Below, in pieces: positions 27,947 through 37,815 of a stretch of DNA of 64,000 nt (positions are counted from its first letter, which is position 1; each line of letters starts with the position of its first letter). A program made the translations under genes and the position numbers. Origin of the DNA: an uncultured bacterium (lineage in GTDB: Bacteria > CG03 > SLGR01 > JAGXOG01); the NCBI GenBank assembly GCA_964476445.1, contig CAYZAK010000002.1, positions 32,743 to 96,742 of the forward strand, read 5' to 3'. Below the pieces are notes generated by a model, which saw only the letters and a list, made by a program, of their open reading frames with translations, ran no database searches and was not told the DNA's origin.

Positions 27947-28879
27947 ATGATAACAAAGAAAATAAAAATTTGGGTAGTGGCGCTAATTGCATTAGCATGT
28001 TCCGTTCAATTAGTAGATGCCGCTAATTCCCGGGGCGGACCTGGTTCATCTGCCGTACTTACACTTTTAGAACCGTTTTCGGCCGCAGTAGACGCCAAAA
28101 GCAATGCTTCGGTTGCCGGTATGGCCGAACCGTATTTTATAAACAGCAATCCCGCGGCCTTAAACTGGCTGACCGGGATTAAAACTTCGTTTATGTATAA
28201 CCGGGGTATTTCCGGAGATAACTACCTGGGCTTTACCGCGGGATATCCTTTTACTTACGATGTCATAGGTATGGGATTACAATACTATTCAACCGGCGAT
28301 GTTTCAATGTACAGTATGCAGGGGGATAAAATAACCGAAACGGGGCAAAGAGATATTATACTTCATCTGGCCTGGGCTACTTCGAATTTCAATATAGCTT
28401 CGGGGGCGAATTTAAAACTGATACATTCAAGTATATTTGGAAAAACCGGTACCTCAGTGGCGGCGGATATAGGAACTCAATACCGGGAAGAAAACTATAA
28501 TTTTGGGATAGCAATAAGAAATTTAGGTACTGATATAAAGTACTTAAATTACCGGGAAAAACTTCCCCTTAATATAGCGGCGGGACTTTTTTATACCGAA
28601 AAATATACAGACGATCATGTTTTCGACGGAAATTTTGACTTGCTCTATTTTGTAAATGAGAGGGAATATGTTTTTCTTACCGGGATAGAATATACCTATC
28701 TTAAACAGTTTGTACTTAGGGGGGGATATAAATTTAATATAACCCATACCGGCAGCCGGGATATACTGGCTACCGCTGGTTTAGGTATTAATTTTGATTA
28801 TATAACAGTGGATTACGGCCTGAAATTTTCCGGTGATGTTAATTCTCCCCACACAGTTTCCGTAAACTACCGATTTTAG
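27947..28879 (+). CDS. outer-membrane β-barrel protein (PorP/SprF- or PorV-like candidate), C-terminal Phe
   Basis: Signal peptide, alternating amphipathic β-strand pattern, ends ...VNYRF; starts 1 nt after the protease stop. Confidence 0.45.
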   Translation: MITKKIKIWVVALIALACSVQLVDAANSRGGPGSSAVLTLLEPFSAAVDAKSNASVAGMAEPYFINSNPAALNWLTGIKTSFMYNRGISGDNYLGFTAGYPFTYDVIGMGLQYYSTGDVSMYSMQGDKITETGQRDIILHLAWATSNFNIASGANLKLIHSSIFGKTGTSVAADIGTQYREENYNFGIAIRNLGTDIKYLNYREKLPLNIAAGLFYTEKYTDDHVFDGNFDLLYFVNEREYVFLTGIEYTYLKQFVLRGGYKFNITHTGSRDILATAGLGINFDYITVDYGLKFSGDVNSPHTVSVNYRF

Positions 28880-28923
28880 AATACCCGACGGGGTCTGTTT
28901 TTCAATAAATGTTTTTCAAATTG

Positions 28924-30189
28924 TTAATTTCTGCTAAGGGCTTCGTTGGGGTTAAGGAGAGCAGCTTTTCTGGCCGGTATGTAGCAGGCTGCTGTTACGA
29001 TTATAATCCCTAAAAGAAAACCAAAAATCATGTTTTCTACGGAAAAATATGGATATATAACCGTGCCCAAAAGGACTTCTTCCTCCATACCCGCCAGAGC
29101 GTCGCCAAAATTAATTCCGGTTCTGGATACTATCCATGTAATGACGCCGCCCAGAGCCGCGCCGATAAAACTTCCTATACCCCCTTTAAGCAGCCCTTCA
29201 CTTATAAACACCCCCATAATTCTCCGGTGGCCCATTCCCAGGGCTCCCATAATTCCGATTTCCCGGGTTCTTTCGGCAACCACCATGATCATGGTGTTTA
29301 CCACTACAAAACTGGCCAGGGCCAGGATGAAAATATATATGAAACCGTATATAGTCCGGGCCATCTGAATCCATTCCACCATACCTCCCGATTCGGTCCA
29401 GGGAATTACTGTGTAGCGGTTTTGAGGATCGAAATCTGTAAAAAGCGATTTTATCCGGGGAACTACTTTTTTAACGTTATCTACGGATTGAGTGTCTATT
29501 AACAATTCGGTGGCCTGGCCCTCCATATAAAGAAGTTTGCCGGCAACGTCTATGGGAAGGTAAAAAATTTTTTCGTTTAGCATTTTTAAATCGCTGAGAA
29601 TCCGGCCGGTTACTTTAAATGTTGTTCCTCCCATAGAACCAAAAGAGGTGTTGTAGACCAGGGTGATTTTTTCCCCAACATCCACTCCAAGTTTATTTAG
29701 CAGGGCAGAACCCATAACAACTTCCCGGGCACCTTTATTTACCATCCGCCCTTTAACAATCATATTCTCAATTCTGGTAAATTCGATCTCTTTTTTCGGG
29801 TCTACTCCCCATCCGGCCATATCTATGAGTTCGTCATCGGTTGTAGTCATGGCCCCGAATTTTATCCTTGGAAGGGCCATGTTTACCCCTTTTATTTTCT
29901 CAATCCGGTCAATCATGCCTTCAATACCGCTGTCGTCCCGGGTGAACCCATCCACGGGATAAATTAGGGAGAGAGTACGTTCTTTTTTTGGGTACTCGGA
30001 ATCTGTGATTCTAATATGTCCGGTACGGTAATGTATGTAAGATTCGGTAGTACTGGAGGTTATTCCTTCCACGTACCCCCGGGCGAAAACAACCACCATC
30101 ACTCCTACCACTACCGCAGATACTGAGACGGCGGTTCTTAATTTGTGTCTGAACAGGTTTTTATAGGCTAATTTTATATAAAAATTCAT
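28924..30189 (-). CDS. ABC transporter permease, FtsX/MacB/LolE-like (4 TM + large periplasmic domain)
   Basis: N-terminal TM, about 230-aa periplasmic domain, C-terminal FtsX 3-TM bundle. Confidence 0.8.
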   Translation of the reverse strand: MNFYIKLAYKNLFRHKLRTAVSVSAVVVGVMVVVFARGYVEGITSSTTESYIHYRTGHIRITDSEYPKKERTLSLIYPVDGFTRDDSGIEGMIDRIEKIKGVNMALPRIKFGAMTTTDDELIDMAGWGVDPKKEIEFTRIENMIVKGRMVNKGAREVVMGSALLNKLGVDVGEKITLVYNTSFGSMGGTTFKVTGRILSDLKMLNEKIFYLPIDVAGKLLYMEGQATELLIDTQSVDNVKKVVPRIKSLFTDFDPQNRYTVIPWTESGGMVEWIQMARTIYGFIYIFILALASFVVVNTMIMVVAERTREIGIMGALGMGHRRIMGVFISEGLLKGGIGSFIGAALGGVITWIVSRTGINFGDALAGMEEEVLLGTVIYPYFSVENMIFGFLLGIIIVTAACYIPARKAALLNPNEALSRN

Positions 30190-30195
30190 TTTGTT

Positions 30196-31431
30196 TTATC
30201 GCTCGTAAAGGGCCTCCACCGGATCCTTTCTGGCTGCCCAGTAAGAAGGAAAAATACTTGCTATCAAGGAGACAAAAGTGGAGAAAATAAAGACGAAGAG
30301 AAAAGTCTTCAGATTCCATACTCCGTATATAGGACCTATGACGGGTATCCCGTACTCTCCCAGTCCTCCGTCGAAGAATCCGGAATAATCTATTCCGTAT
30401 TCATAAAGAAGAGCTACCGCGCCTGCGGCCAGTCCGCAGCCGAAAAGAGCGCCCAGAGCAGCTATACCGGTGGATTCTATCACAAATACGGATACAATCT
30501 TTTTTTCCTCCATGCCCATAGCTTTCATCATTCCCGTTTCCCGTACTCTTTCCAGGGCCGAGAGAATAACTGAATTAATTATTCCTATGGCCGCAATAAG
30601 CAGGATTATGGCTAATATCAGGTTGTTCCCCGCCTGCTTGGCCTGGTTTACAGCCACCGCCTCTAAATAGTACCAGGGGATAATTTTGAAGTTGTTATCT
30701 CCGTTTAAATTAGTTTTTAGCTGGGTTACAGCCGGCTCGGTATTCTGCCGGGTGTCCAGTTTTATTACTAACCGGCTTATCTTATCTAAAACTCCCAGGG
30801 TATTCTGGGCTACGTCCAGTGGAATATAGACAATATTCTGGTTTACCGCCGGATTGGGAGTATGGATTAGTCCTGAAATTTCCACCTCCACGGTATTAAA
30901 ATAGTTTCTCGCGGTCCTTACTAAAAGTATGATATAGTCTCCGACTTGAAGGTCCATGTCCCCGGCCAGGCTTTTTCCCATGACAGCTCTGTTTTCCCCC
31001 TTTTTAAATATCTCTCCCCGGATAAGATATTGGTCAATTTTAAAAACGGAACTTGCCGCTTGCGGTTCGATACCTTTTCCTATTACCGGCAATTCGTCCC
31101 GGCCGTCATTTAAACGGACCCTGAAATCCAGCTGTCCGGTCAGGGAGTGATAGCCATTGATATCTTTTATAGATGAAATATAGTTTTGAGGACGGAATAT
31201 TAAATTTTCCAGTGGAAGCTCGGCTTTTTCTTCCCAGTACCCGGAATCGGTCACCTGTATGTGACCGGATTCAAAATCAATTATATTGTTATAGGACATT
31301 TCATCCATGCTGGCCAGATGGGAATCCATAAAAATATATACTAAAACGGCAACTGAGATTACTCCGGCGGTAAGCAGGGTTCGCTTCTTTCTGCGCATAA
31401 TGTTTTTGATAGCCAGTTTTAATAGAAACAT
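30196..31431 (-). CDS. ABC transporter permease, FtsX/MacB/LolC-like
   Basis: Same architecture as the neighbour; paralogous pair. Confidence 0.8.
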   Translation of the reverse strand: MFLLKLAIKNIMRRKKRTLLTAGVISVAVLVYIFMDSHLASMDEMSYNNIIDFESGHIQVTDSGYWEEKAELPLENLIFRPQNYISSIKDINGYHSLTGQLDFRVRLNDGRDELPVIGKGIEPQAASSVFKIDQYLIRGEIFKKGENRAVMGKSLAGDMDLQVGDYIILLVRTARNYFNTVEVEISGLIHTPNPAVNQNIVYIPLDVAQNTLGVLDKISRLVIKLDTRQNTEPAVTQLKTNLNGDNNFKIIPWYYLEAVAVNQAKQAGNNLILAIILLIAAIGIINSVILSALERVRETGMMKAMGMEEKKIVSVFVIESTGIAALGALFGCGLAAGAVALLYEYGIDYSGFFDGGLGEYGIPVIGPIYGVWNLKTFLFVFIFSTFVSLIASIFPSYWAARKDPVEALYER

Positions 31432-32121
31432 TTAGTTTTTCAGCTCGTCTTTGGTTATTACACCGTCTCTTAATTCTATTTTCCTGTTAGCCAGGTCTAT
31501 TATTCTCGGATCGTGAGTGGAGAAAATAAAAGTGGTATTAAACTCCCGGTTCATCTTTAACATGAGTTCAATAACTCCCCTTCCCGTCTTAGAATCTAAG
31601 TTAGCTGTGGGTTCGTCGGCCAGTACTACACCCGGCTTCTTGACCAGGGCCCGGGCAACCGCTACTCTCTGTTTCTGGCCGCCGGAGAGCTGGGCGGGTT
31701 TTCTTTTCTCCAGACCTTCGAGACCCACCTCTTTGAGAATTTTCAGGATACGATTTTTAATATTTTCTTTATTTTTTAACTTGGAGAGGCGGATCGCGAA
31801 TTCCACGTTTTCAAAAGCGCTGAATACCGGGATCAGGTTGTAGCTTTGAAAAATAAACCCGATATTATGGCGTCTGATCTTGGCCCTTTGGTTACGGGAA
31901 AGAGTGTCCAGTTCCCGGTCTTTAAAAAATATCTCCCCCGAACTGGGCACATCCAGGCATCCGACCATATTTAAAAGAGTGGTTTTTCCCGATCCCGAAG
32001 GGCCAAACACCGTTGTGAATTCCCCTTTTTCTACCTTAAGATTTACTCCGCCCAGGGCGTATATTTTTTCTTCCCCCTGGCGGTAAATTTTTTCTACTTT
32101 ATTCATCCTGAGTAATGTCAT
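31432..32121 (-). CDS. ABC transporter ATP-binding protein (LolD/MacB-NBD-like)
   Basis: Walker A GPSGSGKTT, signature LSGGQKQRV, Walker B VLADEPT. Confidence 0.9.
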   Translation of the reverse strand: MTLLRMNKVEKIYRQGEEKIYALGGVNLKVEKGEFTTVFGPSGSGKTTLLNMVGCLDVPSSGEIFFKDRELDTLSRNQRAKIRRHNIGFIFQSYNLIPVFSAFENVEFAIRLSKLKNKENIKNRILKILKEVGLEGLEKRKPAQLSGGQKQRVAVARALVKKPGVVLADEPTANLDSKTGRGVIELMLKMNREFNTTFIFSTHDPRIIDLANRKIELRDGVITKDELKN

Positions 32122-32139
32122 GTTAACCTCCCGTAGGTT

Positions 32140-33258
32140 TTAAAAATAATGATAGAACGTACCTGAAAAACCCAGGCTGAAGTTACCCCCGGCATCCCAG
32201 AAAATATTGTTTTCAAATCTTAACTCCAGTCCCTGTCCCAGCTCAGTAATATAATAGGGGGATACCCCTCCTGTTTTGTTTTCTGTCTCGTACATAAAAA
32301 CCGACCCGCCGGTTGAAAAATAATGGGGTTGAAAAGAAATATTTATCAGGAGTAAATCAGAACTCGTCAGAGTTCTAAGAGCCTGTACCTGCCCGCCGTA
32401 TTCGCCGCCGGCTGTTAAAGAATATTCCAGTGAATCTCCTCCAAGCATAAGATAGGATAAAAGCCCGGCGTTCATATTTTCTTTTAAAAACCTAAAATAT
32501 TCGGTCTGAAAGATAACCCGGGTTCCTCCGGGTCCTGAGAGAATCCAGCTGTAGTCAATTCCCATCTGAAGCAGGAGATCATATATTCCCGAGTCTTTTA
32601 GATGAAAATATCCTCCGGAACCGTATATTCCCGGACCCGATATGTCGGTGTTAAAGGTAAGCCCCGAGCGCAGCAGGTTATCATCGCTTTGTAAATTAAC
32701 CGGTTGATAGAAAAAATTAAAGCTGAGATCATACCCGGAGCCGGGAAAACGGAGCCGGGAACCGTATCCTAAATCTTCACCGTGAATGTTTTGAAACTTG
32801 GGGAAGGTAGCTACCAACTGGAGGCTGTTTCCAGATCCCAGATGCCGGTGGTACCGTAAACCGTCGATTCCCGAGCGGATTGTCTGTCCGGCCAGCTGGT
32901 CTATGGCCGGTCCGTAGTCCATAAGATTAAAGATAGCTCCGTAGGACCAGAATACCGGTTGCCGGCCTGCGGTGAAATGCCCTTTTTTCATGTTAGGGCG
33001 GATATAAAGATATTTTATTTCAGGGGTAATCCCTCCTTCTCTTAGCGCAGCCCGGTATACCATCCGGGAATCCAGGGTGTCTGTTTGTGGAAAATATATC
33101 TCAATTTCACCCAGCCCCCGATAATTAAAGGTTAAGTTGTTGTTTTGATAGTTAAGGCCGCCGCCGGTCATTATTTCTCCGCCCAGCTCAATAGCCTGGA
33201 CAGGGCCCGTAAGGACTAATATAAAGCCGGTCAATATAAAGAAAATTTTAGTTTTCAT
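32140..33258 (-). CDS. hypothetical outer-membrane β-barrel protein
   Basis: Signal peptide, Gly/aromatic-rich β-strands, C-terminal ...FYHYF. Confidence 0.45.
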   Translation of the reverse strand: MKTKIFFILTGFILVLTGPVQAIELGGEIMTGGGLNYQNNNLTFNYRGLGEIEIYFPQTDTLDSRMVYRAALREGGITPEIKYLYIRPNMKKGHFTAGRQPVFWSYGAIFNLMDYGPAIDQLAGQTIRSGIDGLRYHRHLGSGNSLQLVATFPKFQNIHGEDLGYGSRLRFPGSGYDLSFNFFYQPVNLQSDDNLLRSGLTFNTDISGPGIYGSGGYFHLKDSGIYDLLLQMGIDYSWILSGPGGTRVIFQTEYFRFLKENMNAGLLSYLMLGGDSLEYSLTAGGEYGGQVQALRTLTSSDLLLINISFQPHYFSTGGSVFMYETENKTGGVSPYYITELGQGLELRFENNIFWDAGGNFSLGFSGTFYHYF

Positions 33259-33264
33259 AGTTAC

Positions 33265-34032
33265 TTACTGAAGTGCCTCGAGAGAAATTAATCCCTCCGG
33301 GATATCGTAATCCGGTTCAATCTCCTTTATCCGGAAAGTTGTCCGGGTCTCCCGGCGAAGTTTATCGTTCATTACCTGGATTACGGGAATCCACCGGCCG
33401 TTAAATTCTTTTACCTTTTCGGTATTCAGTTCTTTAAGCAGCCTTCCCGAAGCGCTGAAAAGGTGTTCTTTTAATACGATGAACCTGCCCCGGTCGACCC
33501 ATATCCGCCGTTTCTGATAGGAAGGCTGTCTGTCTTCTTTTGCCGTTGACAGGAGCCGGTAAGCAACTTGTTGGTTTATTTTTTCGGTACCTTCAAGTTC
33601 AAAATTATATAAATCCGTAAGCTTCTCCGATTCTAAGATATCTTCGTAAGAAAAATCGCTGCCCATCATTCCCTGTCTGAGCATGTGCCCTGAAATCTTT
33701 ATCAAATCTTCGGCGTCCGGAAAGTACATCCACATGTCATCACCTATCTTGAGATATTTGGTACCCCTGTCCCGGGGGTTTGTAAATTCGCTTAAACCTC
33801 TGCTCTTATTTTCCGTAGTCTGTACGTAGGAGGTCATCTCTTTTTTAATTGTGCGGCCTCTGTCTTCGATTATCATCACCGATTGCACCTTTGCCGAACT
33901 CAGGTAATGATTCTCGTCAACTCTTTTTATTATTTCCCCGGGGGATAACTCTTCAGCCCCGGCAAAACCGGTTCCCAGTGCCACAGTAATAAGAAATACG
34001 GTAAATTTTAATTTGTTTGTAATATTTGACAT
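33265..34032 (-). CDS. outer-membrane-lipoprotein-sorting (LolA-like) periplasmic protein
   Basis: Signal peptide, about 255 aa, LolA-like family pattern; typical partner of FtsX/ABC genes. Confidence 0.6.
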   Translation of the reverse strand: MSNITNKLKFTVFLITVALGTGFAGAEELSPGEIIKRVDENHYLSSAKVQSVMIIEDRGRTIKKEMTSYVQTTENKSRGLSEFTNPRDRGTKYLKIGDDMWMYFPDAEDLIKISGHMLRQGMMGSDFSYEDILESEKLTDLYNFELEGTEKINQQVAYRLLSTAKEDRQPSYQKRRIWVDRGRFIVLKEHLFSASGRLLKELNTEKVKEFNGRWIPVIQVMNDKLRRETRTTFRIKEIEPDYDIPEGLISLEALQ

Positions 34033-34037
34033 CCCGG

Positions 34038-34649
34038 TTAATTTTTATTGTCGATGCCTTTTTTAATAAAATCTATCATTGTATCAACAACATCCATATC
34101 CCAATCTTTTATTGAACCTTGTTCCATTATATATTCGTTGGTGGAGACAGTTAACTGAAACAGGAAAAAAGCTGTCATCTTTATATCTATATTTTCTCTT
34201 AAATCCCCTCCATTTATTCCCCGCTGCAGAAGATTTTTGTAAAATTTCACAGTCCGGGGTTTTACTTCTTTTAGCTGTTTAGCTAAAAGTTCCTTGTCCC
34301 TGTAAAGCAGGGAAGCGATGGCCTGTAATTTGGGGTTATTCATGGCAAACTTTACGCTTTCGGAAAAAAGCTGACGGTATAGCTTGAAGAAGTCTTTATT
34401 TTCGGCTTCCTGAAGCAGGGGGGCCAGGTAGTTTAGTTTTTCTTCCTGAAACCTGGAGATAATGTATTTGTATAAATCTAGTTTATCTTCGAAATATTGG
34501 TAAAAGCTTCCGCTGGCGATATCAGCTTTTTCAATTATTCGGGCAACGCTGGACCGGTGAAAAGGGTAAACGGAAAATTCGTCTGTGGCGGCCTGAATGA
34601 TCCGCTGTTTTTTATTTTGGTCTAAATTAAAAAATGTTTTGCTGGGCAT
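34038..34649 (-). CDS. TetR/AcrR-family transcriptional regulator
   Basis: N-terminal HTH (IIQAATDEFSVYPFHRSSVARIIEKADIASGSFYQYF). Confidence 0.85.
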   Translation of the reverse strand: MPSKTFFNLDQNKKQRIIQAATDEFSVYPFHRSSVARIIEKADIASGSFYQYFEDKLDLYKYIISRFQEEKLNYLAPLLQEAENKDFFKLYRQLFSESVKFAMNNPKLQAIASLLYRDKELLAKQLKEVKPRTVKFYKNLLQRGINGGDLRENIDIKMTAFFLFQLTVSTNEYIMEQGSIKDWDMDVVDTMIDFIKKGIDNKN

Positions 34650-34734
34650 AATATGAAACCTCTTTCATGTGAATATGTATTCATAATAGTACAGTTTAAT
34701 TGAAAAGTCAAATAAATAGGCACTTGACCCGAAA

Positions 34735-36020
34735 ATCTGTACCAGTAGGTGTTGTGGGATTTACAACCTCTTAGGAATTAAATAAGATGGAAAAAAGGAG
34801 GTTGTTTTTATGGCGAAGCACCAGTACTGGTACAGTGAGATATTCACCACGATTTAAGTTTCAAGTTGTAATGGAAGCCACAACAAAATCGAAGAAAGTG
34901 GTACAGGTTGCCCGGGCTTATGACGTACATCCAAATACGGTTAGGAACTGGATAAATGAGTTCCGAGAAAAAGTAGCCATAGAAGATAAGGCAAAAGATA
35001 AATACGGGTTAAATTTGGCCTGTGAAGCCGTAGAACTTTCTAAAGCTACGTGGTATTACCATAAAAATCAAAAGGTGGACTATGAAGAAAAATATAATTA
35101 TTTGAAACCGATAATTGAGGAAATTATCAGAGAATTTTCATAATATGGTTATCCGCGGATTAAGTCGGAATTACAGGATGAATACGGTTTGGTAATAAAC
35201 CATCACCTGTATCGGTACGATGAAAGTCCTTTTCACGTGCCAGACCGCAGTACTGGTGAAGATTTCTTAATCTCTGGGACCTGAAGATTATGCGAGCAGT
35301 CAGGAAAAACAAGAAAAGCGCCGTCAAAAAAGCCATAGAAACCGCGGGTTCCGAGATTAACCTGGTGAAGAAATTAGATAATATCGGGCTCTTTGAAGTA
35401 TCATACACGGATTTTACGAGAATAATATATGACAACGGAAATAAAAGCGCCTGGTTCACTGTATCAGTACTGATGAATACCCATTATCGGCCATAGGTCC
35501 AAGATGATTTATGGATGGTCGTTGGGGCCTCAAGCTGATACTAAAATCGCATTAAAATCACTCGATATGACAATAGAAACCTTTGAAAATATGGTAATAT
35601 CTTATGAGGGAATGATTTTGCATCAAGACCAGGGTTCTGTTTTTACAGGAAGCCGGTGGATAGAGGAGTTATTACTAAAAAATAAGATTCGCTTGTCATA
35701 TACCGAAAATGGCGCGAGAGATAATCCGGAGATGGAATCGTTTAACAGCCATTTCACACTGTGCCAGTACGGTGAATGTCCGAATAAATCGTTGTTTTTG
35801 GAGGCCGACGATTTAACCGAGCTAAAAGAAATTATTAAAGAACGGGTGGTTTACTGGAATGAAAAAAGGCGGCATTCCATTTTGGATACTAAAAGGCCGA
35901 TGGAATATGTGAAGGAAAGGAGAGGTTTGAAAATCGATGAATTTAAGACGACAGTTTAAACAAAATTATTCATTGGAAACTCACAACAAAACAAGTTTAA
36001 GTGGTACAACTTTTGGGTAT
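34735..36020. mobile_element. decayed IS3-family insertion sequence (imperfect terminal inverted repeats beginning TGTACCA...)
   Basis: Left end TGTACCAGTAGGTGTTGTGGGATTT vs reverse complement of the right end TGTACCACTTAAACTTGTTTTGTTGTGAGTTT; internal OrfA/OrfB transposase remnants. Confidence 0.55.
34787..35959 (+). pseudogene. IS3-family transposase (OrfA HTH + OrfB DDE integrase core), disrupted by an in-frame TAA at 35141 and at least 2 frameshifts
   Basis: OrfA-like RYSPRFKFQVV...VARAYDVHPNTVRNW; OrfB-like YGYPRIKSELQDEYGL, SYTDFTRI, and a C-terminal rve-like tail in three different frames. Confidence 0.65.
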
Positions 36021-36157
36021 AAGCGCGATATTAAAAATTAGGAACTAAACCAATGTGCTGATATTGATATAAGGTATTTAATTTATTATCATTAAAAATT
36101 AGAAGATATACAATGTATTATGTATTTAAGGAAAAAAATTTAAACTAGGAGAGAAAA

Positions 36158-36955
36158 ATGGAAAAAATTACTACCGATATTTTAAAGAAAAAAAAGGAGA
36201 ACGGCGAAAAGATCACCGCCTTAACCTGTTATAACTATTGGATGGGTCGGATTATGAAAGATGTGGATATTGATCTTATTCTGGTGGGGGATTCACTGGG
36301 TATGGTGGAGCTGGGGTATGAAAACACCCTTCCGGTTACCATAGATGAGATGGTCCACCATACAAAAGCGGTTAAAAGATCCGATCCCCGGGCTTTTTTA
36401 GTAGCGGATATGCCTTTTTTGAGTTTTAATCTGGAAAAAACAGAAGCTCTCTCTAATGCCGGACGGTTGATTAAAGAAGGGGGGGCCCAGGCGGTAAAGA
36501 TAGAAGGGGGAAAAGAAGTGGCTTCAACGGCAAAACATATCGTAAATAATAATATTCCGGTGATGGGCCACCTGGGTTTGACCCCCCAGGCGGTACATAA
36601 GATGGGAGGGTTTAAAGTTCAGGGGAAAACCGAACCGGAGGCTACTAAACTAATAACCGACGCCAAAGTCCTCGAGGGCGCGGGAGTGTTCTCAATTGTG
36701 CTTGAAGGTATACCGGCCGATCTGGCAGCCAGGGTAACCGAAAAAGTATCAGTACCCACCATAGGAATAGGAGCGGGTGCAGATTGTGACGGCCAGATTT
36801 TGGTAGTTAACGACCTTTTGGGTATGGATCTGAGTTTTAAACCTAAGTTTGTCCGCCAGTACGCTAGCTTGGAAGAGACAATAAAAAATTCGTTTAAAAA
36901 TTATATTAAAGACGTTAAAAAGGGAGAATTTCCTTCCAAAGAGGAGATATACTGA
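36158..36955 (+). CDS. panB: 3-methyl-2-oxobutanoate hydroxymethyltransferase
   Basis: PanB fold motifs (LTCYNYW, VGDSLGMV). Confidence 0.9.
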   Translation: MEKITTDILKKKKENGEKITALTCYNYWMGRIMKDVDIDLILVGDSLGMVELGYENTLPVTIDEMVHHTKAVKRSDPRAFLVADMPFLSFNLEKTEALSNAGRLIKEGGAQAVKIEGGKEVASTAKHIVNNNIPVMGHLGLTPQAVHKMGGFKVQGKTEPEATKLITDAKVLEGAGVFSIVLEGIPADLAARVTEKVSVPTIGIGAGADCDGQILVVNDLLGMDLSFKPKFVRQYASLEETIKNSFKNYIKDVKKGEFPSKEEIY

Positions 36956-36957
36956 CG

Positions 36958-37809
36958 ATGAAAATTTTATCCGATCCCCTTCAGGTTCAGAATATGTCGG
37001 ATATTTTCAGGAAAAAAGGTCTTAAGGTGGGGCTGGTACCCACCATGGGAGCTTTACACATAGCTCATGAATCTTTAATTAAAAAGGCCCGCCTGGAAAA
37101 TGACCGGGTAATAGTAACTGTTTTTGTCAATCCCCCCCAGTTCGGGCCGGGTGAAGATTTGGATTCCTACCCCATAAATTTGGCTACGGATAAAAAAATA
37201 TGCGATAGGAACGGTGCGGACATTATTTTTAATCCTAAAAATAGAGATATGTACAAAAACAATCATTCCACGGTAGTTAAAGTAAAGGATTTAATTTCCA
37301 CCATGTGCGGGGCCAAAAGGCCGGGGCACTTTGAAGGAGTGGCCACTGTGGTTTCAAAATTATTTAACATTGCCAAACCCCACCGGGCCTATTTTGGACA
37401 GAAAGATTATCAGCAGTTAAAAGTTATTCAGAGAATGGTCAGGGATCTGAATTTTGATGTTGATGTAATAATGTGTCCGATAGTTAGGGAAGATGACGGA
37501 CTTGCGGTTTCCTCGAGAAACAGGTATCTGGACGCGAACCAGCGTCGTCAGGCCCCTCATTTGTACAAAGCTCTGACGGGAGCCAAAAAGATGGTTTTAA
37601 ACGGAGTAGATATTAAAAATATAAGGAACCGGTTGAAAAAATATATTGAAAATAATATTCCGTCCGGGATAATTGACTACGCAAACCTGTATGACGCCCG
37701 TACTTTAAAAGTCGCTTACGGACTGGACGAAGATTTAGTCGCCGCCGCTGCCGTATGGTTGGGGAAAGCCAGATTGATTGATAATGTGTATATAAAAGTA
37801 AAGAAATAA
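36958..37809 (+). CDS. panC: pantoate--β-alanine ligase
   Basis: PTMGALHIAH (HIGH-like) motif; 283 aa. Confidence 0.9.
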   Translation: MKILSDPLQVQNMSDIFRKKGLKVGLVPTMGALHIAHESLIKKARLENDRVIVTVFVNPPQFGPGEDLDSYPINLATDKKICDRNGADIIFNPKNRDMYKNNHSTVVKVKDLISTMCGAKRPGHFEGVATVVSKLFNIAKPHRAYFGQKDYQQLKVIQRMVRDLNFDVDVIMCPIVREDDGLAVSSRNRYLDANQRRQAPHLYKALTGAKKMVLNGVDIKNIRNRLKKYIENNIPSGIIDYANLYDARTLKVAYGLDEDLVAAAAVWLGKARLIDNVYIKVKK

Positions 37810-37815
37810 TTAAAA

